64,000 nucleotides of DNA from Candidatus Falkowbacteria bacterium (GCA_003518055.1 DOZJ01000006.1:43837-107836), one strand, 5' to 3'. Shown: positions 18,171 through 26,787, counted from the first letter of the stretch. Program-made: numbers and translations. The notes: generated by a model not told the origin, from the sequence alone.

Positions 18171-18205
18171 TTTGGGGTTAATGTCCAAACAACAGGAGGG
18201 TGGCG

Positions 18206-18670
18206 GTGGCAAAGAAAGAGGTTGTTTTCGGTCCATGGCGAGGGGTTCTTTATCCGGATGAAGGGAAAAATTTGTCATCTGGGCGAGTTCAGGGGAATTT
18301 GCGCAAGGGATATGATTTTGTAGCTTTGACTTATTCGGAGAAATTGGATTTGACCAAAGGCTGGTCGCGCCGGATGTCATATCATAAGGGCTATGTCGGC
18401 CGGGTGACTTATGGCACAGTCTTCTATACCCGAAATCAAGATCTGAAGCGATTGCTGGCTCAGGTACGTTACCGTCATTACGGCGGATGTCCGGGACCGG
18501 AGACGGAGAATTTTTTCCGGCAGGACGGTCAGTACGGCGTTTCGACCTTCTGTTCATTTTCGAGAGATTATCAAGATTTGGTTCGCCAGATCATTCAGAT
18601 GTTTCCGGAGCTTCAGACTCCGGCTGCTGGCCAGACGGAACAAGCGTCGACGGCGACAACGGAAGCTTAA
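18206..18670 (+). CDS. hypothetical protein (GTG start)
   Basis: ORF behind perfect promoter 18142-18170 and AGGAGG RBS. Confidence 0.4.
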   Translation: MAKKEVVFGPWRGVLYPDEGKNLSSGRVQGNLRKGYDFVALTYSEKLDLTKGWSRRMSYHKGYVGRVTYGTVFYTRNQDLKRLLAQVRYRHYGGCPGPETENFFRQDGQYGVSTFCSFSRDYQDLVRQIIQMFPELQTPAAGQTEQASTATTEA

Positions 18671-18863
18671 TGAGCTTCTTTTTTATTTTTACTCGCCAAA
18701 GGACGAGTCTGTCCTATGGCAGACAAAATTAAGGGATTATTTTTTACAAAAATTCAACATCTGGTTTGTTTTTTTTGTAAATACTGATTATTGATAATAT
18801 TGATTTTACTGTTATACAGCTGGACAATAAATGGGAGATGTTGTTTATTGCTGGTCAGCTTAT

Positions 18864-19373
18864 TTATTTTTTTATGCGGTAAAGGACATTGATCGTGTGG
18901 TCGTTTAATTTTTCGCACGAAATTAATTCCAAAGCAAGATCCAAATTCAGTTGGTCAACAAAACGCAGTCCGGAGCCAAAAATTTTCGGTTCGATGGTGA
19001 TTTGGATTTCATCAACCAGACCCGCTTCCAGAAATTTTGAATTGACAAAAGTCCCGCCGCCGATGATGACGAATTCAAATCCGCGGTGTTCCAGGTCTTG
19101 GAGGATGGTTTTCAAGTCGCCGCGTTTGTATTCGAGTATTCCCGGTTGATCTTGGTGTGTTTCATCTCGGGTTAATACAATGTTCAGCCGGCCGGGTAAT
19201 GGCCGGCCGATGGCTTCGTACGTGCTTTGGCCAAAAATCATCACGCCGGCTTCGGTGGTGATTTTTTTGTATAATGCCTGATCTTCTTTTGAGGTCCATT
19301 CCACCGGATTGTGATTGGAGTTTTTGGCGATCACGCCGTCGAGGGACATGACCATGATAATTCTAGTTTTCAT
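18864..19373 (-). CDS. dihydrofolate reductase family protein (RibD C-terminal-like fold)
   Basis: MSLDGVIA...IFG..TYE...PLPGR..IVLTR...F..IIGGG pattern; adjacent to thyA. Confidence 0.6.
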   Translation of the reverse strand: MKTRIIMVMSLDGVIAKNSNHNPVEWTSKEDQALYKKITTEAGVMIFGQSTYEAIGRPLPGRLNIVLTRDETHQDQPGILEYKRGDLKTILQDLEHRGFEFVIIGGGTFVNSKFLEAGLVDEIQITIEPKIFGSGLRFVDQLNLDLALELISCEKLNDHTINVLYRIKK

Positions 19374-19420
19374 ATTGCGAATATACTAATGTTATGAATA
19401 CTACGAAAACAAAATAAAAC
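19374..19420 (-). promoter_or_regulatory. TTCGTA-type repeat leader 5' of DHFR-like gene (no SD)
   Basis: minus-sense TTTTCGTAGTATTCATAACATTAGTATATTCGCAAT-ATG. Confidence 0.4.
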
Positions 19421-19466
19421 GGGACGGGTTGTTTTTGTAAAATTAGTAATCATTCGTTAATTTGTA

Positions 19467-20297
19467 TCACAGAACGATTTTCATGCCTTTGATGGGCGGC
19501 ATGGGGGCGTATTGTTTTTCCAGTTTATCAACGATTTCATAGACCAGACTTTCATCACCTTGTTCCGCTCGGGCAAAATATTCCGGCTGGGCTTCGAAGT
19601 AAATCGGCGAGTGAGTGTTGTTCCGCTCAACCAATTCCCAAGCGTGTTCATAATGGATGTCGTAGATGTGCGCGTTGCTGATTGAGTGGGTTAATTTGCC
19701 GGGCTGGACGCCAAGCCGAGCGGCCAGAATACATTGGAGGAGAGCAAAGCCGGCCACATCATGAGGGCAGCCGAGCATCATATCATTGCTGCGAACAATG
19801 CTGTGTATATGGAGTTTGTTGCCGATAATGTTGGCGGTCCAGGTGTACGGGCAGGGGACATTTTTTTTGGTTTCCGGATTACCGAGTCCATCCTCGCGCG
19901 GATCCCAAGTAATTACAACTCCGTGGCGAGAGCCCGGGCTGTCTTCAAGATGTTTGATCAATAATCCCAGTTGATCGCGGCCAAAGGCGCTGCGCCACCG
20001 ATGGCCATAAGCGGCCGGAATGGTGCCGTCTTGTTCCGTAAAAGCATCCCAGATTTTGGTGAATTTGCCGACAAACTCATCGGGTTTTTGGCTGCCCATA
20101 ATATACCAAATTTGTTCAGCGACAAAAATTTTAATCGGAATTTTTCGCAGGGTTAACAATGGAAAACCTTGATCCAATTCAAAAGTCAATCCGGGAATGA
20201 TTTTGGTGCTATGGCCGGTTCTCTCATTATACTCCTCAAATCCCTGATTCATAATCCGGAGGATGGCGTCTTTGAATTGTTGGTCGAATTGAGTCAT
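19467..20297 (-). CDS. thyA: thymidylate synthase
   Basis: PLLT.RK, VPCPYTW (active-site Cys), HIHSIVRSNDMMLG.PHDV, ISNAHIY motifs. Confidence 0.85.
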   Translation of the reverse strand: MTQFDQQFKDAILRIMNQGFEEYNERTGHSTKIIPGLTFELDQGFPLLTLRKIPIKIFVAEQIWYIMGSQKPDEFVGKFTKIWDAFTEQDGTIPAAYGHRWRSAFGRDQLGLLIKHLEDSPGSRHGVVITWDPREDGLGNPETKKNVPCPYTWTANIIGNKLHIHSIVRSNDMMLGCPHDVAGFALLQCILAARLGVQPGKLTHSISNAHIYDIHYEHAWELVERNNTHSPIYFEAQPEYFARAEQGDESLVYEIVDKLEKQYAPMPPIKGMKIVL

Positions 20298-20303
20298 GAG
20301 GGG

Positions 20304-20342
20304 GAGAGATTGAGAGAATTAAGAGATTGAGAGAATTAAGAA
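20304..20342. repeat. microsatellite (GAGAGATTGAGAGAATTAA)x2 immediately upstream of thyA start
   Basis: direct inspection; related array at 61733-61787. Confidence 0.6.
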
Positions 20343-20520
20343 TAATCACTTAATCTCTAAATCAGCTTAATTTCTTTATTTCTTGTTTCTTCATTTTAGC
20401 AGATACAACCCAGCTGGCAAAATCGGGCTTGTGGATTGGAATTCTTTATAAATAAGACAAATTGACAACCATGTTTCTATGTGTTATTGTTTGCTGTTGC
20501 CACCAAAGGAGGGGAAGGAA

Positions 20521-20811
20521 ATGAAACAGGCATTGAAAGCTATTTTCCCATATATGTATAGTATGGGATATCAGGTAAATAATGGTGAGCCGTTTGAAGT
20601 TGAAGAACCGGTTTTGATTTTACAGTATGACGATGGTCTTCGATTGATGCTTAGAAAAAGCCAAAAAGGTGGTATGACGGTGGAAAAAATCGGCCGAGTG
20701 AAATTTGGCAAGCTGCGACGGAAGATTGAAGTTGAAGCGCCGGAATCCTTGTGGTTAATGGTTCGAGGATGGTTTGACGGTTCCTTTGAAATGTTTTTTC
20801 TTAGCGATTGA
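20521..20811 (+). CDS. hypothetical protein
   Basis: ORF with AAGGAGGGGAAGGAA RBS; no motif. Confidence 0.4.
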   Translation: MKQALKAIFPYMYSMGYQVNNGEPFEVEEPVLILQYDDGLRLMLRKSQKGGMTVEKIGRVKFGKLRRKIEVEAPESLWLMVRGWFDGSFEMFFLSD

Positions 20812-20867
20812 TTTTGGTGTCAAAAAATATCAGGGAAAGAGAGGCCACATGAAAGCCGTAACCGCGA

Positions 20868-21089
20868 GTGCTCATTTTACATCCAATACATGATCTTGGC
20901 AGAAAAGGAGAGTGGATTCAAGAAGAAGGGTTCAATGTGAGGTTTGAGGTCAAGAAACTGAAGCTCGTGGATTTTAAACAGTTTGAGGATATTCGTGAGG
21001 TGAATGTTCCTGCGTGGCTGTTTGAGATGGCCAAAGCCGCGGCAGAAGGATTCTTCGGAAGCATTGAGAAACAGTTGAAATTGGAATAA
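20868..21089 (+). CDS. hypothetical small protein
   Basis: 73-aa ORF followed by strong terminator. Confidence 0.3.
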   Translation: MLILHPIHDLGRKGEWIQEEGFNVRFEVKKLKLVDFKQFEDIREVNVPAWLFEMAKAAAEGFFGSIEKQLKLE

Positions 21090-21098
21090 TAAATCATA

Positions 21099-21123
21099 CC
21101 CAGTGAAATTCACTGGTTTTTTT
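21099..21123 (+). terminator. intrinsic terminator (CCAGTGA-AAT-TCACTGG-T8)
   Basis: hand-folded. Confidence 0.65.
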
Positions 21124-21170
21124 GTATAAAAAACACCAGCGAAACCGCCGGTATTTTTTATTGGTGAAAT

Positions 21171-21863
21171 TTAGATGTTTTTGAGATCAATTCTCAAGCC
21201 AGGTCCCATCGTTGTCGTTAGACTAATCGATTTGATGAATACTCCTTTTGACGTATCTGGTTTGGCTTTTTCAAGCGCTTCCATGAAAGCGCGGAAATTA
21301 TCAGCGATTTGAGCCGCGTCAAAAGAGACTTTGCCAATCACTTGATGAACATTGGCGGTATCATCGTTTTTGAAAGCGATTTTACCTTTTTTCAATTCTT
21401 CAACTGTTTTTTTCACGTTTGTAGTGATGGTTTCGTTTTTCGGTGACGGCATCAAGCCTTTTGGTCCGAGAATGCGGGCGATCACGGCCATTGGTTTCAT
21501 CATGTCCGGAGTGGCGACGGCGACATCGAAGTCGCACTTGCCGCTTTTTTTGATTTCTTCAATCAGGTCAACTTCGCCGACCAAATCAGCACCCGCTTCT
21601 TTGGCTTCTTTGGCTTTGTCGCCGGCCGCGAATACGGCTACGCGGACTTTTTTGCCGATACCATGAGGCAGAATGACGGTTGAGCGAATTTGCTGTTCAC
21701 CTTTTTTCGGGTCAATACCGATGCGGAAGTGAGCTTCAAAAGATTCATCGAATTTGGCGGTCGCGGTTTGCTTTAATATTTCCACCGCTTCGACCAGAGA
21801 ATAAACTTTGTTCTTGTCGACTTGAGTGGCAGCGGCTAGAAATCGCTTGGAATGTTTTGGCAT
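21171..21863 (-). CDS. rplA: 50S ribosomal protein L1
   Basis: MPKHSKRF...full-length L1 similarity; trimmed to Met 21863. Confidence 0.9.
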   Translation of the reverse strand: MPKHSKRFLAAATQVDKNKVYSLVEAVEILKQTATAKFDESFEAHFRIGIDPKKGEQQIRSTVILPHGIGKKVRVAVFAAGDKAKEAKEAGADLVGEVDLIEEIKKSGKCDFDVAVATPDMMKPMAVIARILGPKGLMPSPKNETITTNVKKTVEELKKGKIAFKNDDTANVHQVIGKVSFDAAQIADNFRAFMEALEKAKPDTSKGVFIKSISLTTTMGPGLRIDLKNI

Positions 21864-21881
21864 AGATTTTGGCTGAGTCAA

Positions 21882-22060
21882 CGGTAAAAATAAAGTGAAA
21901 CTAATTGAAATTGATGGAAACGGAGAAATTTATAGTTGCAAATTATTTTTTTGACTTAGCTTGTGGTGCGAGCGTTAGCCGGATCGCGGAACGCGAAGGC
22001 TGACTCCCACAGTTTAATTAAATTCAAAATTATAAATACTAAATAACAAATAACAAATCA
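21882..22060 (-). promoter_or_regulatory. candidate ribosomal protein L1 autoregulatory leader (structured GC-rich RNA between rplK and rplA)
   Basis: unusually long (179 nt) rplK-rplA spacer with GC-rich core GCTTGTGGTGCGAGCGTTAGCCGGATCGCGGAACGCGAAGGCTGACTCCCACAG. Confidence 0.35.
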
Positions 22061-22489
22061 TTAAACTTCTTCGGATTCGACGCCCATTTGACGCGCGGTG
22101 CCGGCAATGATTTTCATTGCTTGTTCGACATCCTTGGTGTTGAGATCAACCAATTTGGCTTCAGCAATACGGCGTAATTGGTCTCTGGTCAATTTTCCTA
22201 CTTTGTCGGTTAATGGTTTTTTTGATCCTTTTTTAAGACCGAGTTCCTTCATGATCAGAGATGAGGCCGGCGGAGTTTTGGTGATGAAGTCAAAAGTACG
22301 ATCTTCATAAACCGTGATGACGGTAGGAACCACGTCGCCAGCGCGATCTTTGGTGGCTTCATTGAATTTGGTGCAAAATTCTTGGATATTCAAGCCGTGT
22401 TGACCCAAAGCCGGTCCAACTGGAGGCGCCGGATTGGCGGCGGCGGCGTTGATTTGCAGTTTGATCTGCGTTAATATTTTTTTGGCCAT
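22061..22489 (-). CDS. rplK: 50S ribosomal protein L11
   Basis: MAKKI...[24 protein letters not shown] hallmark. Confidence 0.9.
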   Translation of the reverse strand: MAKKILTQIKLQINAAAANPAPPVGPALGQHGLNIQEFCTKFNEATKDRAGDVVPTVITVYEDRTFDFITKTPPASSLIMKELGLKKGSKKPLTDKVGKLTRDQLRRIAEAKLVDLNTKDVEQAMKIIAGTARQMGVESEEV

Positions 22490-22560
22490 ATTATGTTACA
22501 AAATTACGAAAGGTTACCAAACATTACGAAAACTTTAAATCACTTGTAACGAATCGGAAT
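22490..22560 (-). promoter_or_regulatory. TTCGTAAT / TTTGTAAC repeat array 5' of rplK (no SD)
   Basis: minus-sense TTCGTTACAAGTGA...TTTCGTAATGTTTGGTAACCTTTCGTAATTTTGTAACATAAT-ATG. Confidence 0.5.
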
Positions 22561-22716
22561 TTTGAGTTAAAAAGTGTGTTAATTATATTTGAATGGTCTG
22601 ACTAGAAGCCACGACTGGGTCGTGAATCAGATTGTTTCATTTATATTAATAAATTAAAACTAATTAGAATAATGATTCTAACGTCTTGACAGCATGGTAA
22701 AAGACGTTCGAACTGA

Positions 22717-23262
22717 TTAGATCTGTCTGACTTGCAGGGGGTCCAGTTCAATCGGTGTTTCTCGTCCGAACATAGTCACCGCCACTTTGACTTTGCCTCT
22801 GGTCTGATCAACCTCGTCGATGCGGCCTTCATAATCTTTGAATGGGCCATCGGTAATTTTGACCGGAGTGCCGGGAGTCAGTTCAATCGCGACGGTCGGC
22901 TCTTGGACACCCATACGTTTTTGCAGGGCTTGAATTTCTTGGTCGGAAATCGGAGTCGGGATGGTGCCGGTGCCAATGAAACCGGTGACATTTGGCGTGT
23001 TGCGAACCACATACCAAGAATCATCGGTGACAATCATTTCAACAAAAACATAACCGGGGAAGATTTTTTCCGTGACGGTTTTGCGTTTGCCGTTTTTGAT
23101 GCGGATTTTTTTCTCGGTGGGGATCATGATACCAAAAATTTTGGTTTCCATGTCCATGGATTCAATTCGTTGTTTGAGGTTTTCCGCCACACTTTCTTCG
23201 TGGCCGGTTTGCGTATGAATCACATACCACAGTTTGCCGCGTTCAGAACTTTGTTTTGGCAT
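22717..23262 (-). CDS. nusG: transcription termination/antitermination factor NusG
   Basis: KLWYVIHTQTGHEE NGN domain and C-terminal KOW (KITDGPFKDYEGRI). Confidence 0.9.
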   Translation of the reverse strand: MPKQSSERGKLWYVIHTQTGHEESVAENLKQRIESMDMETKIFGIMIPTEKKIRIKNGKRKTVTEKIFPGYVFVEMIVTDDSWYVVRNTPNVTGFIGTGTIPTPISDQEIQALQKRMGVQEPTVAIELTPGTPVKITDGPFKDYEGRIDEVDQTRGKVKVAVTMFGRETPIELDPLQVRQI

Positions 23263-23287
23263 ATATAATTAGTGAATAGTATAAAAA

Positions 23288-23479
23288 TTAAACGACCAAG
23301 CTGAGCAGGTATTGGAACAGCAAGTCGAGGCCACCGAGAAAAACGGCGACGCCCACGGATACGCTGATGACAATCAAGGTGTACTTGGTGGTTTCCTTTT
23401 TGGTCGGCCAAGTAACTTTGGTCATTTCAACTTTTGCTTCTCGAAGATAATTGAACAAACGGTTGTTTAGTACATTCAT
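23288..23479 (-). CDS. secE: preprotein translocase subunit SecE
   Basis: 63 aa, REAKVEMTKVTWPTKKET then single TM; classic position upstream of nusG. Confidence 0.8.
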   Translation of the reverse strand: MNVLNNRLFNYLREAKVEMTKVTWPTKKETTKYTLIVISVSVGVAVFLGGLDLLFQYLLSLVV

Positions 23480-23683
23480 ATTAAATAGTATCCGCGTGAA
23501 CTAAATGTTCAGCGGAGAAGCAAAAATAACGAAAACCAATGGTTTTGTAATGTTATTTTTTGCTTAAAATTAGGGATAAAATTATCTTAAAAAGCCCCAA
23601 AGGGCTAGTTTCAATATAATTATAGCATAAAATTATTTTCCCGCAAGAGTAATGGATAAAAATTGGGGATTGACAATGTCGGA

Positions 23684-23754
23684 TAATTTTGGCATGCTAT
23701 AGGGTTCAGCTGATCAGGCGGGACAGACCCATGCAATACCAAGGAGGAAGCAAG
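23684..23754 (+). promoter_or_regulatory. conserved ~70-nt leader element, copy A (TTTTGGCATGCTATAGGGTTCAGCTGATCAGGCGGGACAGACCCATGCAA...AAGGAGGAAG)
   Basis: ~85% identical to copy B at 24981-25050 although downstream proteins are unrelated; contains palindrome CTGATCAG. Confidence 0.55.
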
Positions 23755-24426
23755 ATGAGCGAGAAAAAGGTGGCATTAATCATTGGCGGAACCAGTGATA
23801 TCGGACAAGCGATTATAAAAGTTTTGGAGGTTGAGTATCAGATTTATTTTACTTATTTCAGTAATGATGAATTGGCGAAGAGGACCTCGGGCGTGGGTAT
23901 GCATTGCGATATCCAGAACATCCGGTCGATTCGGATGGTGTTTCGACAGTTCCCTAAGCTGGATCTGATGGTTACTTGCGCTTTTCCCTTTATTGAAAAT
24001 GATGTTTTGGAGTTTTCGAGTTATTTGGAAACTGAGCCATATCTTCGTGGTCATGTGGTGGCGGTTTGCGAAGCCGCCAAGAAAATGAACAGCGGCGGCA
24101 AGGTAATCAATCTTCTCGGGCAATGTGTTGATCGAGGGTTGGCCGGTGCTCCGTATTATGCGGCCGCGTATGCATATCTGCGGAATTTGGCCATGAGTAT
24201 TAACGCGAGTCATGGGCGAGCGGGTAGACTGTCGGTTCACGATATTCTTCTCGGACCGGTAAATACAAAACTGTGGCGAGGCGTGAGTAAGGAAGTTATG
24301 ACTCGCTATCGCAATCTGGTGGCGCGATTTATCGAGCCAAGGGAAGTGGCAGAAGCGGTGCTTTATATTGCTCGGTCAGAAATCGGTCCGACAACATTTA
24401 AACTTGATGCTTTTTACAGTTTATAA
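23755..24426 (+). CDS. short-chain dehydrogenase/reductase family protein (atypical, YxxxR instead of YxxxK)
   Basis: ALIIGGTSDIGQAI Rossmann motif; ATG 23755 behind AAGGAGGAAG RBS. Confidence 0.6.
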   Translation: MSEKKVALIIGGTSDIGQAIIKVLEVEYQIYFTYFSNDELAKRTSGVGMHCDIQNIRSIRMVFRQFPKLDLMVTCAFPFIENDVLEFSSYLETEPYLRGHVVAVCEAAKKMNSGGKVINLLGQCVDRGLAGAPYYAAAYAYLRNLAMSINASHGRAGRLSVHDILLGPVNTKLWRGVSKEVMTRYRNLVARFIEPREVAEAVLYIARSEIGPTTFKLDAFYSL

Positions 24427-24452
24427 CACTACCAGAAACAGGGGGGAACAAA

Positions 24453-24944
24453 ATGAAAAAGAGAGTGGATTATACTAATGGCAAAGAGGTCGGGGCGGTT
24501 TTGGACAAAGATTCGGGTAAGCTCGGAGCAATTGAAAATTTGACGAGATTAAATGAAAAAGTTGTGGTCATGCTTGGGTGGTATGCAAAATTTCTTTGCT
24601 TTTGTTCGTATACGGTAGTGCAGAAAATGGTTGAATTTGCTCATGATGCAGAAAAGGATATCCCGTATATTCAGCTAGACTTGTTATTTGCATTTGAAGA
24701 ATTCCGCAGTCAAGAACCCATTTTAGCCTCATATACTCGTAGCGAATTATGTGATTGGGCAGGAGAGGAAAAGTTCGTTAATGATTTGACACAGGTATTA
24801 AACGAGAATTATTTGGCCGATACCAGATTTCGAGTGCGGGTAATCTCGTGGATTAATAATACTGGTGGTTTGCTGAGGGTAAGTATTACAAAATGGAACG
24901 CTGAATCGCCGCTGGATTATTTGTCGATTGGCAATGTTTTTTGA
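24453..24944 (+). CDS. hypothetical protein
   Basis: 163-aa ORF, GGGGAACAAA RBS-like, no motif. Confidence 0.4.
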   Translation: MKKRVDYTNGKEVGAVLDKDSGKLGAIENLTRLNEKVVVMLGWYAKFLCFCSYTVVQKMVEFAHDAEKDIPYIQLDLLFAFEEFRSQEPILASYTRSELCDWAGEEKFVNDLTQVLNENYLADTRFRVRVISWINNTGGLLRVSITKWNAESPLDYLSIGNVF

Positions 24945-24980
24945 AAATAGATAATGGATAAAAGTTGGAAATAAACAAGG

Positions 24981-25050
24981 CTGAATAATTTTGGCATAGT
25001 AAAGGGTTCAGCTGATCAGGCGGGGCAGACCCATACAACAACAGGGAGGA
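24981..25050 (+). promoter_or_regulatory. conserved ~70-nt leader element, copy B
   Basis: TTTTGGCATAGTAAAGGGTTCAGCTGATCAGGCGGGGCAGACCCATACAA...AGGGAGGA. Confidence 0.55.
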
Positions 25051-25425
25051 ATGATCGTGACTGAAAAGCGGTCAGAGGTGTTGAATGTGGCGGTAAAGAC
25101 TAAAGACGCGGATGGACGAGTTAGGTCGTCGAAAATTTTGGGTTTGATTATTTATGATGATCGGACGGTGCAAGTTTGTGCTCCGATGGCAAATGATTGG
25201 CGCGTCATTTTGGGATTGGTTGGTTTGGCTAGACGGTTGGAGGGGCGATTGTCAGAGTATTATCTTGAAAAAGGTGAAACACTGAATACCCGGATCGTGT
25301 TGGAGGAAATGAAGCTGGTTGTTCGATCGGTGATGGCTTTGAGTCTGTTTAGTCTGTACCGTTTACCTGATGATGGTACGGCTGAGTTGGTTTTTGGGTT
25401 AGCTGATTGGCCAAATTTGTTTTAG
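25051..25425 (+). CDS. hypothetical protein behind duplicated conserved leader
   Basis: 124-aa ORF, GGGAGGA RBS; C-terminal ADWPNLF. Confidence 0.4.
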   Translation: MIVTEKRSEVLNVAVKTKDADGRVRSSKILGLIIYDDRTVQVCAPMANDWRVILGLVGLARRLEGRLSEYYLEKGETLNTRIVLEEMKLVVRSVMALSLFSLYRLPDDGTAELVFGLADWPNLF

Positions 25426-25533
25426 GTTTGAATCAAGAAATCTAAACTGAGTGAACCAACTCAGTTTTTTGATCCTTGCGTCTTTGGTAAAAATAATTTA
25501 AGATAAATAATTCCCACCAAGGCGGAGGAATCA

Positions 25534-25914
25534 ATGTCTTATCGAGATGATAGTCAGCTGGTGACCATTGAAAATCAAAATAGAGTCTTGTTTGCCATAT
25601 ATGCGAAAAAGAATAAACGAAATCAGGCTGAAATCACTCATATTGAAATGGCGGAATTTGAATCGGTTGATTGGTTGACTTGGACATCTCTTACAGAATT
25701 TATTAATCGAGTGAAGTCGGCTTTGGAGACGCAGGTGGCGAGCGCAGATCTTAATTTGGCGCTTGTGGTTGATGATGTCCTTCGACGTGCAGGGTTGCAG
25801 TTTCGCGTGAAGCGAGAAAGTAACGGATACAATTCATTTAATTGCCGCAATGGTTCTTGGTGGAAGGTTTTTTATCCCAAAACAGGATCGGAGGATGCCA
25901 ATGAAAATGTTTGA
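25534..25914 (+). CDS. hypothetical protein (C-terminal NGSWWK)
   Basis: 126-aa ORF; GGCGGAGGAATCA RBS. Confidence 0.35.
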   Translation: MSYRDDSQLVTIENQNRVLFAIYAKKNKRNQAEITHIEMAEFESVDWLTWTSLTEFINRVKSALETQVASADLNLALVVDDVLRRAGLQFRVKRESNGYNSFNCRNGSWWKVFYPKTGSEDANENV

Positions 25915-26323
25915 TCATGAACGTGGCATTTATATTCACTATGGCCGGCCATATTGCGGCGCGTCCGGGGTATCGAAAATTGAAATCGCGGTTGATCTTG
26001 TGGCAAAAAAATTGAAAATCGTTAAGATTAATATGGAAGCTTGTAGTGATGAATGTCGATCGAGGGTGGATGCTTGGTTGGAAGAATTGGCGGTGGGGGT
26101 GGTTGATTGGAGATTTTCCGTGGTGGTTGAATCGCTTGTTCGGCGGTTGAAAGCGATTGAGGTGTATTTCAGCCATCAGTTTTGTACCTTGGGTAGTGTT
26201 TTGTATGTTAATGCGACAGACCGGACAGCTGAACCTGATGATGAACACGAATGTGTGATTATCCTCAATGATATGTTGAACGATCCCTGGTGGAAACGGC
26301 TGCCGGAAGGGGGTGATCAATGA
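25895..26323 (+). CDS. hypothetical Cys-rich protein with C-terminal HECVIILNDMLNDPWWKR motif
   Basis: start after GGAGG RBS; tandem paralog of next gene by shared C-terminus. Confidence 0.45.
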   Translation: MPMKMFDHERGIYIHYGRPYCGASGVSKIEIAVDLVAKKLKIVKINMEACSDECRSRVDAWLEELAVGVVDWRFSVVVESLVRRLKAIEVYFSHQFCTLGSVLYVNATDRTAEPDDEHECVIILNDMLNDPWWKRLPEGGDQ

Positions 26324-26751
26324 CACGGTGTGAAATTGTGATTTCATTTGGCGCTCAGGGCAAGCGGTTGGGGCAGGAGTTGTCGGTATTTGACTTTATC
26401 GTTACGCGCAGTGCGAAATTTTTCGTTGATGGAAATGGCTGGACATTTGTTGAACTTGACGCGAATACCGGCAGTCAAGATAGCCGCAAAGAGAATCAAC
26501 GGGCATTGGAAATTCTGGTGAGAAAGCTGAATGAAAAATTCGGAGTAAATCCCGATGTTGGATTTGAAAATTTGGTGAAGCAGATCTGTGAGGAGATTGA
26601 TGAACGGTTTAATCCGCGGGCGGTCTTCATGCCGAATGCGTGTCCGCCTTTGTTTTCGTCTCGCGTCACGCCGCCTGATAGATGTACGCATTGCCTGATC
26701 ATGCTTAGCGATACACTGGCTGACCCATGGTGGCGTCCGTGGGCTGAGTAA
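26320..26751 (+). CDS. hypothetical Cys-rich protein with C-terminal THCLIMLSDTLADPWWRPW motif
   Basis: start overlaps previous stop (ATGA); shared 15-aa C-terminal motif. Confidence 0.45.
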   Translation: MTRCEIVISFGAQGKRLGQELSVFDFIVTRSAKFFVDGNGWTFVELDANTGSQDSRKENQRALEILVRKLNEKFGVNPDVGFENLVKQICEEIDERFNPRAVFMPNACPPLFSSRVTPPDRCTHCLIMLSDTLADPWWRPWAE

Positions 26752-26755
26752 AATA

Positions 26756-26780
26756 AACTGCTTAAAAGAGCAGTTTTTTT
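26756..26780 (+). terminator. intrinsic terminator (AACTGCT-TAAAAG-AGCAGTT-T7)
   Basis: hand-folded. Confidence 0.65.
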
Positions 26781-26787
26781 GTTATAA

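Noticed and set aside
22732-23268. 178-aa plus-strand ORF antisense to nusG, and similar long antisense ORFs inside gatB (10562-10945), the helicase (58673-59440, 59537-60304) and gyrB (27477-27926)
   Set aside because: They lie entirely within well-supported genes on the opposite strand and have no motifs. These are typical shadow ORFs.
23590-23615. Hairpin AGCCC-CAAA-GGGCT upstream of secE region as a tRNA-Trp remnant or terminator
   Set aside because: No tRNA cloverleaf can be folded anywhere in 23480-23690. The hairpin is oriented as a minus-strand terminator with nothing obvious to terminate, so it is left uncalled.
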